A stretch of 58,917 bases of DNA, taken from assembly GCA_045602325.1 (NCBI GenBank), contig JAZSBH010000091.1, positions 1 through 58,917 of the forward strand. Reading direction: 5' to 3'. Positions 47,507-57,111 of the stretch are shown piece after piece. Both the position numbers and the translations under genes were made by a program. The DNA comes from Eubacteriales bacterium (GTDB lineage Bacteria > Bacillota > Clostridia > Oscillospirales > CAG-272). Under the pieces are notes generated by a model that saw nothing but the letters and a program-made list of their open reading frames with translations, was not told the origin of the DNA and ran no database searches. Within the stretch, counting starts at the first letter, position 1. Each line of letters opens with the position of its first letter.

Positions 47507-47932
47507 TTATTTCCACCGTCCAAGCTCCTCGCGGCGCTCCTGTTCTACGCGCTCCCTTTCCCGCTGGGCTTGAATTTGCCTCAGCTCCTTAGCTGACTGT
47601 ATGGATCCGTATATGTCATGAACCAGGAAAACCGTCTGTGGGACGAGCAACATCCAGCGGAATTCTTTCTCATACCGATCGCTCTTGGTATAGGATCTGT
47701 GCGGGGTAAAACCGGCTCCGCGGCGACTGCCCAGCATCAGGTAATTCCCCTTATGCTTGTCGATACAAGCCGCTAAACCGTTCACCATGACAAGGACCAT
47801 GAGTACTGTCGGGAAAAGGGAGTAGTTGGATAGACCCGCTCTTTCCGGAAGCACGAGCACGGGAATAACATTGAGAAGCAAAAGAACCAATGTTATGCCG
47901 ATCATGAACGGATATTTCTGTATGAATTTCAT
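47507..47932 (-). CDS. Hypothetical membrane protein, possibly degraded
   Basis: Two TM segments, ends EELGRWK; no clear RBS. Confidence 0.55.
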   Translation of the reverse strand: MKFIQKYPFMIGITLVLLLLNVIPVLVLPERAGLSNYSLFPTVLMVLVMVNGLAACIDKHKGNYLMLGSRRGAGFTPHRSYTKSDRYEKEFRWMLLVPQTVFLVHDIYGSIQSAKELRQIQAQRERERVEQERREELGRWK

Positions 47933-47934
47933 GG

Positions 47935-48019
47935 GTTTACTATGAAGTAACCGCTTGGAACGGCACCGATGCTATGCTGGCAGCGGAGGAGATTACCTTT
48001 ACCGTGAAGGATGAGTAGA
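47935..48019 (+). pseudogene. Orphan 3' gene fragment
   Basis: VYYEVTAWNGTDAMLAAEEITFTVKDE-stop with no start; hairpin follows. Confidence 0.4.
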
Positions 48020-48286
48020 ATTCGTCATAACGGTTATTCGGTGCATGGTCTGTATGTCAAAGCTCTAAAAACAATTATGGAACAGTCTTCACGCTTGTGG
48101 TGACTGTGCCAATTTTTTGTGTTGTTTTATGAGTGAGATAGAAAAAACCTTACTAACCCGCCTACCATAAAAAGTAGGTTCAAATTAGTAAGGTCTGTCA
48201 GAGGACTATAAAAAAGATATTTTTGCACTTTTGTGTTAGAGATTTGAACCCTTGTGCTTTGAATGAATTTCATTGTAATTGCATTG

Positions 48287-49297
48287 TTACCGAACCTGCG
48301 CCAAAAGCATTTTTCTTGCATTGTTGACCACCGGTAATCTCTTTTTGACCGTCAGCTTGATGCCAACCTTTTTGCACACGTCGGAAAGGATACCTTTCAA
48401 ATCCTCATCACATATAGCGATTTCGGAGGGCTTGCCGTATCGCTCCACGAAATGGTCAAGCACATTAAAAACGATACCCGGCTGATTATGCGATGGCGAA
48501 AGCATCTCATTGACGAGAATAAAGCCGTTCTTTGGCTCGACCGCAAGCAACATACGCGGAAACGTACCTCTGCCGTCTTCGTCATCATAAATAACGCCAA
48601 CATATGACCAATCAAGCTCCACTGAGTAGTCGGCATTCTTCATAGAGCGTACCTCACGCATCCAATCGTTTTCCTGAACCGTCACCATCGGATGCGTAAT
48701 AATACCCTTGGGAATTTCAATTTCAAACGGATGCGTGTAAAACAACTTGTCCTTCGGCTCATACCAACGTACAAGATTTTTGCCCTTATCAAATTCGGGA
48801 TCAAGCCCCTGCTCATAGATAGCGCGAAGCATCATATGTAAATTTTCAAAGGCTGTTGTGAGCAGATCTACTTCTTTCTCATCAAGCGGAGCGGGAGCAT
48901 ATCCGATATCATATCGGTCAAAATGCAACCACGCGCCTTTGCCACGGGGCTTGAAGCCGAGTTCCTTGATAAGCGCATAGCTTTCCTTACTGAGATCTTC
49001 GCGATCATCCCAAAGACAGATTAAAGCATTTTGTAGCGCAAATACCGGCTCATGTTTGTCATTCTTTTCAGTAAGACGAACTCTTGCGCGCATATAATTC
49101 TCTTCGCCGATATAACACGCAATACCACATTTTTGTGCGGATTCTCCGATAAACGAGAAAAACACGGATTTGCTTTTATCCTTCCAAATATATGTGAATT
49201 GGTCGGATTCAGAGAAGTCATCCCACGGCTGCATTACGCCAATCTGCTGTGCCACCTCATATAGGTGAAGCCATTTTTCTTTTAATTTGTTTGTCAT
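48287..49297 (-). CDS. Hypothetical protein (DUF6930-like)
   Basis: AT-richer ORF; N-terminal LYEVAQQIGVMQPW and C-terminal FPRMLLAVE...PSEIAI; family recalled, not searched. Confidence 0.6.
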   Translation of the reverse strand: MTNKLKEKWLHLYEVAQQIGVMQPWDDFSESDQFTYIWKDKSKSVFFSFIGESAQKCGIACYIGEENYMRARVRLTEKNDKHEPVFALQNALICLWDDREDLSKESYALIKELGFKPRGKGAWLHFDRYDIGYAPAPLDEKEVDLLTTAFENLHMMLRAIYEQGLDPEFDKGKNLVRWYEPKDKLFYTHPFEIEIPKGIITHPMVTVQENDWMREVRSMKNADYSVELDWSYVGVIYDDEDGRGTFPRMLLAVEPKNGFILVNEMLSPSHNQPGIVFNVLDHFVERYGKPSEIAICDEDLKGILSDVCKKVGIKLTVKKRLPVVNNARKMLLAQVR

Positions 49298-49325
49298 GGT
49301 AAATATCCTTATTTTATATCCTAAA

Positions 49326-50372
49326 TTATTTCAGACGATAATAGCAAGTATTCTTTCCGTTGCCCTCGCGCTTCAGCTCCCCTTCGGCAACAAGCTTGCG
49401 AAGTGCACCCTCGACCGAGCTGATGCTGAGTGACGGGCAAAGCTCCATAATGTCCTGCTTTTTGAAACGTCCGATCTTATTCATCGTTGCGCGTCTTACC
49501 ATTTCAAGGGAGGACAGCTTGGTTTCTACAAGAGCAAATCGGTCTTCAAAATCACGGTACGCGGAAAGAATGGTGCCGAGCAAATATTTGATAAACGGTA
49601 CAGCATCCGCCTCGCCCTCGTGCCAACCCTTCTGCGCCTGATTCAAAGCATCGTAGTACAAATCTTTGTTCTTTGCAATTTTGGCTTCCAAGGAGATATA
49701 CTTTCCAACGTAGAAGCCGTTTCTGTAAAGAAGGAGTGTAGTCAAAAGACGGCTCATTCTTCCGTTGCCGTCATTGAACGGATGGATGCAAAGAAAATCG
49801 TGTATAAAGGTAGGGATGGCAATCAGAGGCTCAAGCTCCATATTTCCAATCACACGGTTATACTCATTACAGATGGTTTCAAGCGCCCCCGGTGTCTCAA
49901 AAGGATCGAGGGGCGTAAAGAGTGTTTCGGTATGACCGTCGGGATAGGTTGCGCTGATATAGTTCTGAACGCTCTTTGTTCTTCCCGCCATCGGATTGTT
50001 CATATGGCTATAAAGAATTTTGTGAAGCTGAAGAATATAGTTCGGTATCAAGGGGATTGCATCAAAGCTCTCATGAATGATATTCAGCACGTCGCGGTAT
50101 CCGGCAATCTCCTGCTCGTCGCGGTTTCTCGGCGTGGTCTTCTCTCCCATCAACTGACGGATACGAGTGCTCGTGGTCACGATGCCTTCAATGGCATTGG
50201 ATGCTTCGGTGCTTTGTACCTTTGCAATCTCCACAAGCTTTTCAAGCTCCTCGGGGCGTTGCTTCAAATATAATTCTTGCTTTCCGGCTTCCTTGTAAAT
50301 AGCGGCAATCAAGCCGAGCAGCTCGGAATCCCATTTGTTTTCGCTGATTTTCGTATAATTAAAGGTTCTCAT
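49326..50372 (-). CDS. Fic-domain protein (class II) with C-terminal HTH
   Basis: HPFNDGNGRMSR; N-terminal inhibitory motif SNAIEG. Confidence 0.93.
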   Translation of the reverse strand: MRTFNYTKISENKWDSELLGLIAAIYKEAGKQELYLKQRPEELEKLVEIAKVQSTEASNAIEGIVTTSTRIRQLMGEKTTPRNRDEQEIAGYRDVLNIIHESFDAIPLIPNYILQLHKILYSHMNNPMAGRTKSVQNYISATYPDGHTETLFTPLDPFETPGALETICNEYNRVIGNMELEPLIAIPTFIHDFLCIHPFNDGNGRMSRLLTTLLLYRNGFYVGKYISLEAKIAKNKDLYYDALNQAQKGWHEGEADAVPFIKYLLGTILSAYRDFEDRFALVETKLSSLEMVRRATMNKIGRFKKQDIMELCPSLSISSVEGALRKLVAEGELKREGNGKNTCYYRLK

Positions 50373-50602
50373 GATCTCACCTCCAAGCAATTCCCTTAAA
50401 TTATATCACAGATTAAGGGGATTGTCAACATCTAAAGGAAATATTCCCTTATAATTCTATCCAAAACAAGGGAAAATATTCTTTTCAAGAGAAAATAACT
50501 ATTTATTTCAATATTACTACAGCAAAAGAATAGGCTCATCGTCTTGAATGATCATGTTGCCTGTTTCATGTTATAATTTCTAATAAAAAAGGAGATGATG
50601 AC

Positions 50603-51763
50603 ATGAAAAGAACTTACACCCCAGAACAAAAGCAAGCGGTCATTGACCGTTACATATCCGACGGCGAATCTGCAGCAAGCATCCTTGCCGATACCGAAAT
50701 ACCAAAGAGCACCTTTTACAATTGGCTGCGTGCTTATCGCGATGAACAAAATGCCATCAAGCGAAAAACTGTAAATATCCGCAGCTTCAATTTGCTTGAA
50801 ATCAAGGTCGCTCGTTTGAAAGGAATTATCGAAATTCTCAAGTCTGCAACTTGTACCCCGAAATCCCCCTTGAAGCAACGACTGTATGCTGCCGAACAGC
50901 TTTACGGGAAATATAGTGTTCATATGATCTGTGATGCGTTTGATATTCCCAGGGGAACATTCTACAATCACGTCTTACGAAACAAAAAAGATAACACGTG
51001 GTATGCCAAACGTCGTGAAGAGTTGCGGATTCGTATACAAGAAATCTACGATGAGAGCAATCAGATATTCGGTGCCGCCAAAATCGCGGCAGTTATGAAA
51101 AACGAAGGAATCAAAGTCAGCAACGAAATGGTACGCACTCTTATGCGTGACATGGGATTAGTTAGCATACGACAATCCGCTAAGAAGTTATACGAGGACG
51201 AAGGACGTAAATATAAAAACTATCTCAATCAAGAATTTGATGTAAGTAAGCCTAACGAGGTATGGGTCAGTGATGTTACTTACTTTAAGTATAGCGAAAA
51301 TGCCTATTATATTTGCGTAATTATTGACTTGTTCTCCCGAATGGTCGTAGGGTATAAAATCGGAAAGACCAATAGCACGCAGCTTGTGAAGTCAACATTT
51401 CAGAACGCTTATAAAACACGCCAACCGGATTCAAGTCTGATCTTTCATACTGACCGCGGCGGCAACTACCGTTCCAAAACGATGAATGATTACATTCAGT
51501 CACTAAATATCACACACTCTTTTTCACGTGCGCACGTTCCCTATGACAATTCAGTGATGGAATCTTTCTTTTCCTCGATGAAACGCGAGGAATTGTACCG
51601 TACAAAGTATCGTTCGGAATCGGAATTCCGCAATGCCGTGGACAAATACATAGTGTTTTACAACACAAAGCGTCCGCACCGAAAACTTCAATACAAAACT
51701 CCAGAAAAGGTGGAACAAGAATACGCCTTGAAATTAGCGGATTCGCAAAGCACGTGCGAATAG
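50603..51763 (+). mobile_element. IS3-family transposase as a single fused ORF
   Basis: N-terminal HTH, FGAAKI, DDE motifs WVSDVTY / FHTDRG / MESFF, YNTKRPH. Confidence 0.9.
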
Positions 51764-51891
51764 ACGGAGGGGTTCGTAAACCCTTGCTTTCAAAATTTCA
51801 GGTTGCAAAATTTGGATTTTTCTATTTTGAGTCCCAATGACAAAATGAAAATGCGGCCATGAAAAGCCGCATAAAATAAGGATTTATAAAG

Positions 51892-51976
51892 AAAACACCA
51901 TTGACGTCCAAATCTATGGGTTCAGATTTCAATGGTGTTTTCACTTGGCTGCCCTGTCAAAACCTCAGTTGAACAC
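51892..51976 (-). other. att-like site: tRNA-3'-end-like sequence followed by a hairpin
   Basis: Minus strand GTTCAA...AGGGCAGCCA then AAAACACCATTGA...TCAATGGTGTTTT. Confidence 0.4.
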
Positions 51977-52121
51977 ACAGAAACAAGCTGGTTGTTTTGT
52001 GGAGAAGTACCTATTTTCTCCTTGTCGCAAAAAGATTATTTAACCTGCTAACGTTTTCTGCCTATAGCGATTTGACGCGTTATTTTTTCAATAAAGTCCA
52101 CGTCAATCGTTCGCCATGCCA

Positions 52122-53645
52122 TCAAAAATACATCTCCACCGCCAGTTGATACCCCACCACGTTATGCCGGAATCCCAGCTCCTTGGGGTCAATGTCGAAG
52201 TCCTGCTGATATACACAAAAAGCCTGATGATCCGTTTCCGGGTCACCAGACTTTTTCTTCTCTGCGTGGTTGTAGTAAATTTCTACCTTGTCGTCGTATA
52301 GGATGATCTCCTTCACCAGCAGCTTGATCATGAGCCGAGGCTCTTTTTTGAGGGCTTTTCGGAGGAATTTCTTGATGTCCGCCGCTGTGATCTGAATCTT
52401 GTTTTTGGATCGCTCGACCAGAATTTTCCCCTCGGCCGCCTCCAGCGCGGCCTCCAGCTCCTCAATGCGTTGCTTGGTGGAGCTTGTGATGATACCTTGC
52501 TCTACAGCGTGTAGCATATTATCCAGCGCCTTTCGTAGCTTGTCCCGTTCGGCCTCCAGCAGATTCACCACCGAGGTGTCTTGGAGCCGATGCTCGTGGG
52601 CTTCCATGACCCGATCGGCAATCAGATCCACAGTATCCGGGTCATCCAAGACATTTACGGTCACATCTACGATAAGCTTTTCCAGTATCTCCTTGCGAAT
52701 CGGGGCTTTGCGGCATTTCCCGGAATCCTTCTTCCGTGTACTGCACTTGTAGTAGCGCACCACGCTTCCGTTTCGTGACGTCCCCGATTCGGAGGTAACG
52801 GATTTTCCGCAGTATCCGCATTTCATCTTGTTCCGTAGCAGATAGACCACGTCCTCGGGGTGCTTGCCATACCGATTCTCTGAGACGGATAGCTGTACCG
52901 TTTCAAACAAGTGCTGGGGCACGATCCGAGGAAACGTATTCGTGTATTCACCCTCGGTTTTATGATGATAGACGCCGGAATACCGCTCGTTTTGCAGGAT
53001 CCCGTAAACGACCGCCTTGGTAAAGGGGCGCCCGTCGCGGTACATGAGTCCTTCGTCTGACAGGGCTTGAATGATGTTCTTGGCAATCACACCCGCCGCG
53101 TACATTTCGTAAATGCGGATGACGATCTGTGCCTCATCCTCGCAGACAAGAAATTTCTTGTTGACAACCTTGTAGCCGTAGGGGATGCCTCCCCCGGCAT
53201 AATTGCCCTTGATGCGTGTTTCACGCAGACCCCGATTCACCTTCTGAGAAAGCTCGGCAGAATAGTATTCCGCCATACCCTCCAGCAAGGATTCCAGAAT
53301 GATGCCTTCCGGCCCTTCGGGGATATGCTCCTTGGCGGACACTAGCGTTATGCCATTATCTCGCAACGTCTTCTTATGAATCGCCATTTCATACTTGTTT
53401 CGTGAAAAGCGGTCGAGCTTATAGACCAGTACAACGTCCCACGCCTTTTTCTGCGCGTCCTTCAGCATCCGCTGAAAGTCGTCTCGGTTGTCGTTGGTGC
53501 CGGTCATGGCACGGTCGATGTAGGTGTCCACCACGGTCATGTCGTGATGCTCGGCGTAGGCCATGCACTCGCGGAGCTGACCTTCAATGGATTGTTCTGT
53601 TTGCCGCTCGCTGGAATAGCGGGCATAGATAACTGCTGTTTTCAT
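52122..53645 (-). CDS. Large serine recombinase (integrase)
   Basis: IYARYSS, SIEGQ, YKLDRFSR, GGIPYGY, zinc ribbon CGYCG...YYKC, coiled coil; AGGAGG RBS. Confidence 0.95.
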   Translation of the reverse strand: MKTAVIYARYSSERQTEQSIEGQLRECMAYAEHHDMTVVDTYIDRAMTGTNDNRDDFQRMLKDAQKKAWDVVLVYKLDRFSRNKYEMAIHKKTLRDNGITLVSAKEHIPEGPEGIILESLLEGMAEYYSAELSQKVNRGLRETRIKGNYAGGGIPYGYKVVNKKFLVCEDEAQIVIRIYEMYAAGVIAKNIIQALSDEGLMYRDGRPFTKAVVYGILQNERYSGVYHHKTEGEYTNTFPRIVPQHLFETVQLSVSENRYGKHPEDVVYLLRNKMKCGYCGKSVTSESGTSRNGSVVRYYKCSTRKKDSGKCRKAPIRKEILEKLIVDVTVNVLDDPDTVDLIADRVMEAHEHRLQDTSVVNLLEAERDKLRKALDNMLHAVEQGIITSSTKQRIEELEAALEAAEGKILVERSKNKIQITAADIKKFLRKALKKEPRLMIKLLVKEIILYDDKVEIYYNHAEKKKSGDPETDHQAFCVYQQDFDIDPKELGFRHNVVGYQLAVEMYF

Positions 53646-53803
53646 GGACGTAAGCCTCCTTCGGTTGATTTCCGTATTAAGCATACATCCTTTTTCCCGA
53701 AATGTGAACGAACGGGAATGGCGAGTTTTGAGACCTTGGTTGCCTCTTTGCAAACGGGCATGAGTCCCATTTGACTTTGTGTGATACCGACTTTTATCCG
53801 CAT
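53642..53803 (-). CDS. Possible 53-aa ORF coupled to the recombinase
   Basis: AAAGGAG RBS; stop overlaps the recombinase start (ATGA). Confidence 0.4.
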   Translation of the reverse strand: MRIKVGITQSQMGLMPVCKEATKVSKLAIPVRSHFGKKDVCLIRKSTEGGLRP

Positions 53804-54064
53804 ACACTCATCTCCTTTCTGCCCAAAGGGCACCTTCCCACCATCGGAAAAGCCCGAAGCAGTCAAGGTTCGGAGAAGGAGAATTGGGTGTACACGAAAA
53901 AAGTTTGCATGAGAGTCGGTCATTTGGCAATTTTCAGCGAAGTTTTTTCACCTTGACGGCGAGGGGTTTTCTGATATACTCCAATCTCAGTTTGACTTGG
54001 TTCCTTCATTTTCTTTTTCCTCCGTATATTCTATGCAGAGGACTTTTAACCACATAGGGGGGTG

Positions 54065-54132
54065 ATACAACTATCAGTTGTATATAAAACAATTTTTAAT
54101 TGCTTGCCGGAAGTTCCCTTGTGTGCTATAAT
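54065..54132 (+). promoter_or_regulatory. Palindromic operator and sigma-A promoter of the HTH-ARH gene
   Basis: ATACAACT-ATC-AGTTGTAT (54065-54083); TTGCCG-17bp-TATAAT with TG motif (54104-54132). Confidence 0.65.
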
Positions 54133-54164
54133 GTAAATATATTACACGGAAAGGGGAGAAATTT

Positions 54165-55754
54165 ATGGAATTAGGAAAGGCAATTCAAAAAATCAGAACG
54201 GAGGCAAAGCTGACACAAGCGCAGTTTTCCGAATTTTTTGGCGTTTCGCAACAGGCGGTCCAGAAGTGGGAAAGTGGTCAAATCAGTCCTGATTTGGATA
54301 AGATTATTATGATATCAAAGCATTTTGATATTTCTCTTGATGCGCTGATCCTTGGAAAAGATAACCGGGTCGTTGAGGAAATGTCAAAAACCAAAGCCAT
54401 CAAGCCGCAGTATCAAAATGTTCATGATTGGGAGTTTTATTCATCCAATCTGTTGACCGAATACCGACAATCGGTCGAAGAGGGCTTGGATATCAAAAAA
54501 TACAAAGAGGTGTTTTCTTCGGTAGCAATGCTCCCGAAAGGGGAAATCAAGAAAAAATTTGGCGACGTACTTTTTGACATAGTTTCCACCGCTGATCAGG
54601 CGGAGGGATATCCTTATATTGAGCCTTCAGATATTGCGCAAATCAAGCGCTTGAGAAATAAGCGTGAGCCTTTGACGTTAAACGTGCCAAAGGATTTGGA
54701 GAATCAGATTCACGGCGCTTGGATGGGGCGGATTTGCGGTTGTATGCTTGGGAAAACGGTAGAAGGCATTCGCACGGATGAATTGATCCCTTTCTTGAGG
54801 GAGAGCGACAACTGTCCAATGCATCGGTATATTTACAGAAGCGACCTGACCGAGGAAACTGGAAAAAGGTATCAATTTGCTTTTGCGAGTCGTCCTTATG
54901 CCGACGAAATCAACGGTATGCCGGTGGATGACGATACGAACTACGTTATTCTTGCACAGGAAATCATTGAGCAATACGGTATGGATTTCACACCGTATGA
55001 CGTTTCGAGAGCATGGCTCAAATATCAAAGCAAGGATTCGTACTGTACCGCCGAAAGAGTGGCGTTTTGTAATTTTATCAAGGGGTATTCGCCGCCCGAA
55101 TCTGCCGTGTATAAAAATCCCTATCGGGAGTGGATCGGTGCACAGATCAGAGGCGACTATTTCGGTTATATCAACCCTGGAAATCCCGAATTGGCTGCGG
55201 AAATGGCGTGGAGAGACGCTTCGATCTCTCACGTCAAAAACGGTATTTATGGAGAAATGCTTGTTGCCGCGATGCTTGCAATTGCCGCAACTACCAGCAA
55301 TATAGACGAAATTATTCTTGGCGGTCTTGCTCAAATTCCAAGCATGTCAAGGCTATATGAAGCACTTCATTCGGTATATGGTTCTTTTAAGGACGGGGTA
55401 TCGCAACAGCAATGCTTTGCTATGATACACGAAAAATACGACGAGCATAACGCTCACGATTGGTGTCATACCATCTCCAATGCGATGATCGTTGTGGCGG
55501 CGTTGCTATATGGCGGCGGGGCGTTTGGAAAATCGATCTGCATGGCAGTTGAGACTGGCTTTGATACCGATTGCAACGGAGCTACGGTTGGTTCGATCAT
55601 CGGTATGGCAAACGGGATTGAAAGTATCCCGAAGTATTGGACGAGACCTATCAACGATACCTTGCACACTTCAATTTTCGGCGTGGGCACCGTAAAGATT
55701 TCGGATAGGGTAAGGCTGACAATGAAGCATATTGCAGAGAATAACAGGTTGTAA
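54165..55754 (+). CDS. XRE-HTH / ADP-ribosylglycohydrolase fusion
   Basis: LTQAQFSEFFGVSQQAVQKWESG; GAWMGRICGCMLG, DDDTNY, WIGAQIR, SHVKNG, DTDCNGATVGSIIG. Confidence 0.9.
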   Translation: MELGKAIQKIRTEAKLTQAQFSEFFGVSQQAVQKWESGQISPDLDKIIMISKHFDISLDALILGKDNRVVEEMSKTKAIKPQYQNVHDWEFYSSNLLTEYRQSVEEGLDIKKYKEVFSSVAMLPKGEIKKKFGDVLFDIVSTADQAEGYPYIEPSDIAQIKRLRNKREPLTLNVPKDLENQIHGAWMGRICGCMLGKTVEGIRTDELIPFLRESDNCPMHRYIYRSDLTEETGKRYQFAFASRPYADEINGMPVDDDTNYVILAQEIIEQYGMDFTPYDVSRAWLKYQSKDSYCTAERVAFCNFIKGYSPPESAVYKNPYREWIGAQIRGDYFGYINPGNPELAAEMAWRDASISHVKNGIYGEMLVAAMLAIAATTSNIDEIILGGLAQIPSMSRLYEALHSVYGSFKDGVSQQQCFAMIHEKYDEHNAHDWCHTISNAMIVVAALLYGGGAFGKSICMAVETGFDTDCNGATVGSIIGMANGIESIPKYWTRPINDTLHTSIFGVGTVKISDRVRLTMKHIAENNRL

Positions 55755-55787
55755 TTTTGTCCTGTAACCACAAAAACAAGGGCATGG

Positions 55788-55968
55788 TCAACGGAGGGGG
55801 CGTAGTAGAGCATCTCGGGGGCGGGCTCTCCGTCTGTGGTCAGGTATTCCTCCTTCAGCCACACCAGGGTGCGAAAGAAGGTGCACCACCGGCCGCAGGC
55901 GTCCATGAGCTCGCTGTATGCCGGGTCGGGGATCACCACCTCGTCGGGGTACTCGTCCTTGAGGTACT
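55788..55968 (-). pseudogene. GC-rich internal gene fragment, possibly heparinase II/III-like
   Basis: YLKDEYPDEVVIPDPAYSELMDACGRWCTFFRTLVWLKEEY...YYAPSVD with no start; family assignment is weak. Confidence 0.4.
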
Positions 55969-55979
55969 ACCATTATGCG

Positions 55980-56057
55980 CAAAAAGTCTGCTGATCCGTT
56001 CTCGGGTCACCAGACTTTTTTCTGTGTAGTTGTAGTCGGTCTTCGTCTCGTCGTCGT
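55980..56057 (-). repeat. Degenerate copy of the recombinase 3' region (52216-52297)
   Basis: CAAAAAGTCTGCTGATCCGTTCTCGGGTCACCAGACTTTTT vs CAAAAAGCCTGATGATCCGTTTCCGGGTCACCAGACTTTTT. Confidence 0.85.
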
Positions 56058-56227
56058 CGATAAAGGGTATATATGTTTTCCCCCACCCTTACGGGCGGGG
56101 GAGCGGCTCCCTTTAGAAAGGAAGGACATAATCAATTTAAGATTAACGGTTATCGGAGCCTACTTGCTTGCAGCGTGGCGTCCTCTTCGTCCGTCTCGCA
56201 GGGCGCTATTTGCTTCTACCGGGTCGG

Positions 56228-57037
56228 TCAGCTTTTTCCGTACATTCCCCGAAATTCCCGTGGCGACATTCCCACCGTGTCGGAAAAGACCCTCTGGAAG
56301 TTCGACAGGGCGCCAAAACCGCTCTCTGCGGCTATGAGGTTGATCTGCTTATCGGTGGAGATAAGCTGGAGCTTGGCGTGGTTGACCTTGAGGTTGTTCA
56401 GGTATTCGCTGTAGGAAATACCGATCTTTTCCCGGAAGGAGCGGCTGAAATAGGTGGAATGGTAATGGGTCATACCCGCCATGGTTTGAAGGGATGGATT
56501 CTCTCGGAAGTGATCGTGGAGATACAGTACCGCCTCCTGGATGGGGGAACGGGGCGCGTCCTCTTCCTCCTTGACACGCACGTCCTCCAGCTTGATGAGC
56601 AGACTGCGGACGAGGCTTTGAAGCAGGGCAGTATTGGGATGGGAACGGGCGTTCTCCATGATGCACAGGCGTGCCAGCGTCTCCACGATGGCCGTGTTCT
56701 GTCCTGAGGTGCGGAACAGAGCAGGCTTGGTCGAATCGAATGCGCGTAGCTCGGCGGACAGAAGATTGTCTGAGAAGCTGACGTTCAGGATATGGAGTCC
56801 CTTGGGCTGCATAATGCTGTGAAAGTCCATAGGCCGCACCATGTACACCGACCCTGCGGACAGGAGGGACATCCGACCGTTGAGGTTGTGGACAGCACTT
56901 CCGTCCACAATGATTTCAATTTCCACATAGTCGTGCCAATGGATGGCCTTCTCGTCCGCCAACGGGTTCACTTCATAGCAATAGAATCCCGTTTCGGGAC
57001 GCAGGCGATCCTTGGCGAAGAAAAAATTGTTTTTCAT
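56228..57037 (-). CDS. AraC-family regulator with cupin sensor domain
   Basis: HWHDYVEI; YFSRSFREKIG...SGFGALSNFQRVF...GMSPREFR. Confidence 0.93.
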   Translation of the reverse strand: MKNNFFFAKDRLRPETGFYCYEVNPLADEKAIHWHDYVEIEIIVDGSAVHNLNGRMSLLSAGSVYMVRPMDFHSIMQPKGLHILNVSFSDNLLSAELRAFDSTKPALFRTSGQNTAIVETLARLCIMENARSHPNTALLQSLVRSLLIKLEDVRVKEEEDAPRSPIQEAVLYLHDHFRENPSLQTMAGMTHYHSTYFSRSFREKIGISYSEYLNNLKVNHAKLQLISTDKQINLIAAESGFGALSNFQRVFSDTVGMSPREFRGMYGKS

Positions 57038-57072
57038 GGAGTGTCAGCTTCCTTTCTGTGGATTGCGGGGTA

Positions 57073-57100
57073 GGGGCTGAAGGTTCTTCCGTCAGCCCCT
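57073..57100 (-). terminator. Hairpin after the CBM-rich gene
   Basis: GGGGCTGA...TCAGCCCC. Confidence 0.55.
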
Positions 57101-57111
57101 TGTAATCATCG

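Noticed and set aside
51946-51976. Complete tRNA gene
   Set aside because: Only a CCA-ending 3' fragment; no D or anticodon arm
49326-55754. Fic and ARH as a writer/eraser pair
   Set aside because: The Fic motif is the canonical AMPylase type while ARH removes ADP-ribose; the genes are separated by IS3 and the integrase
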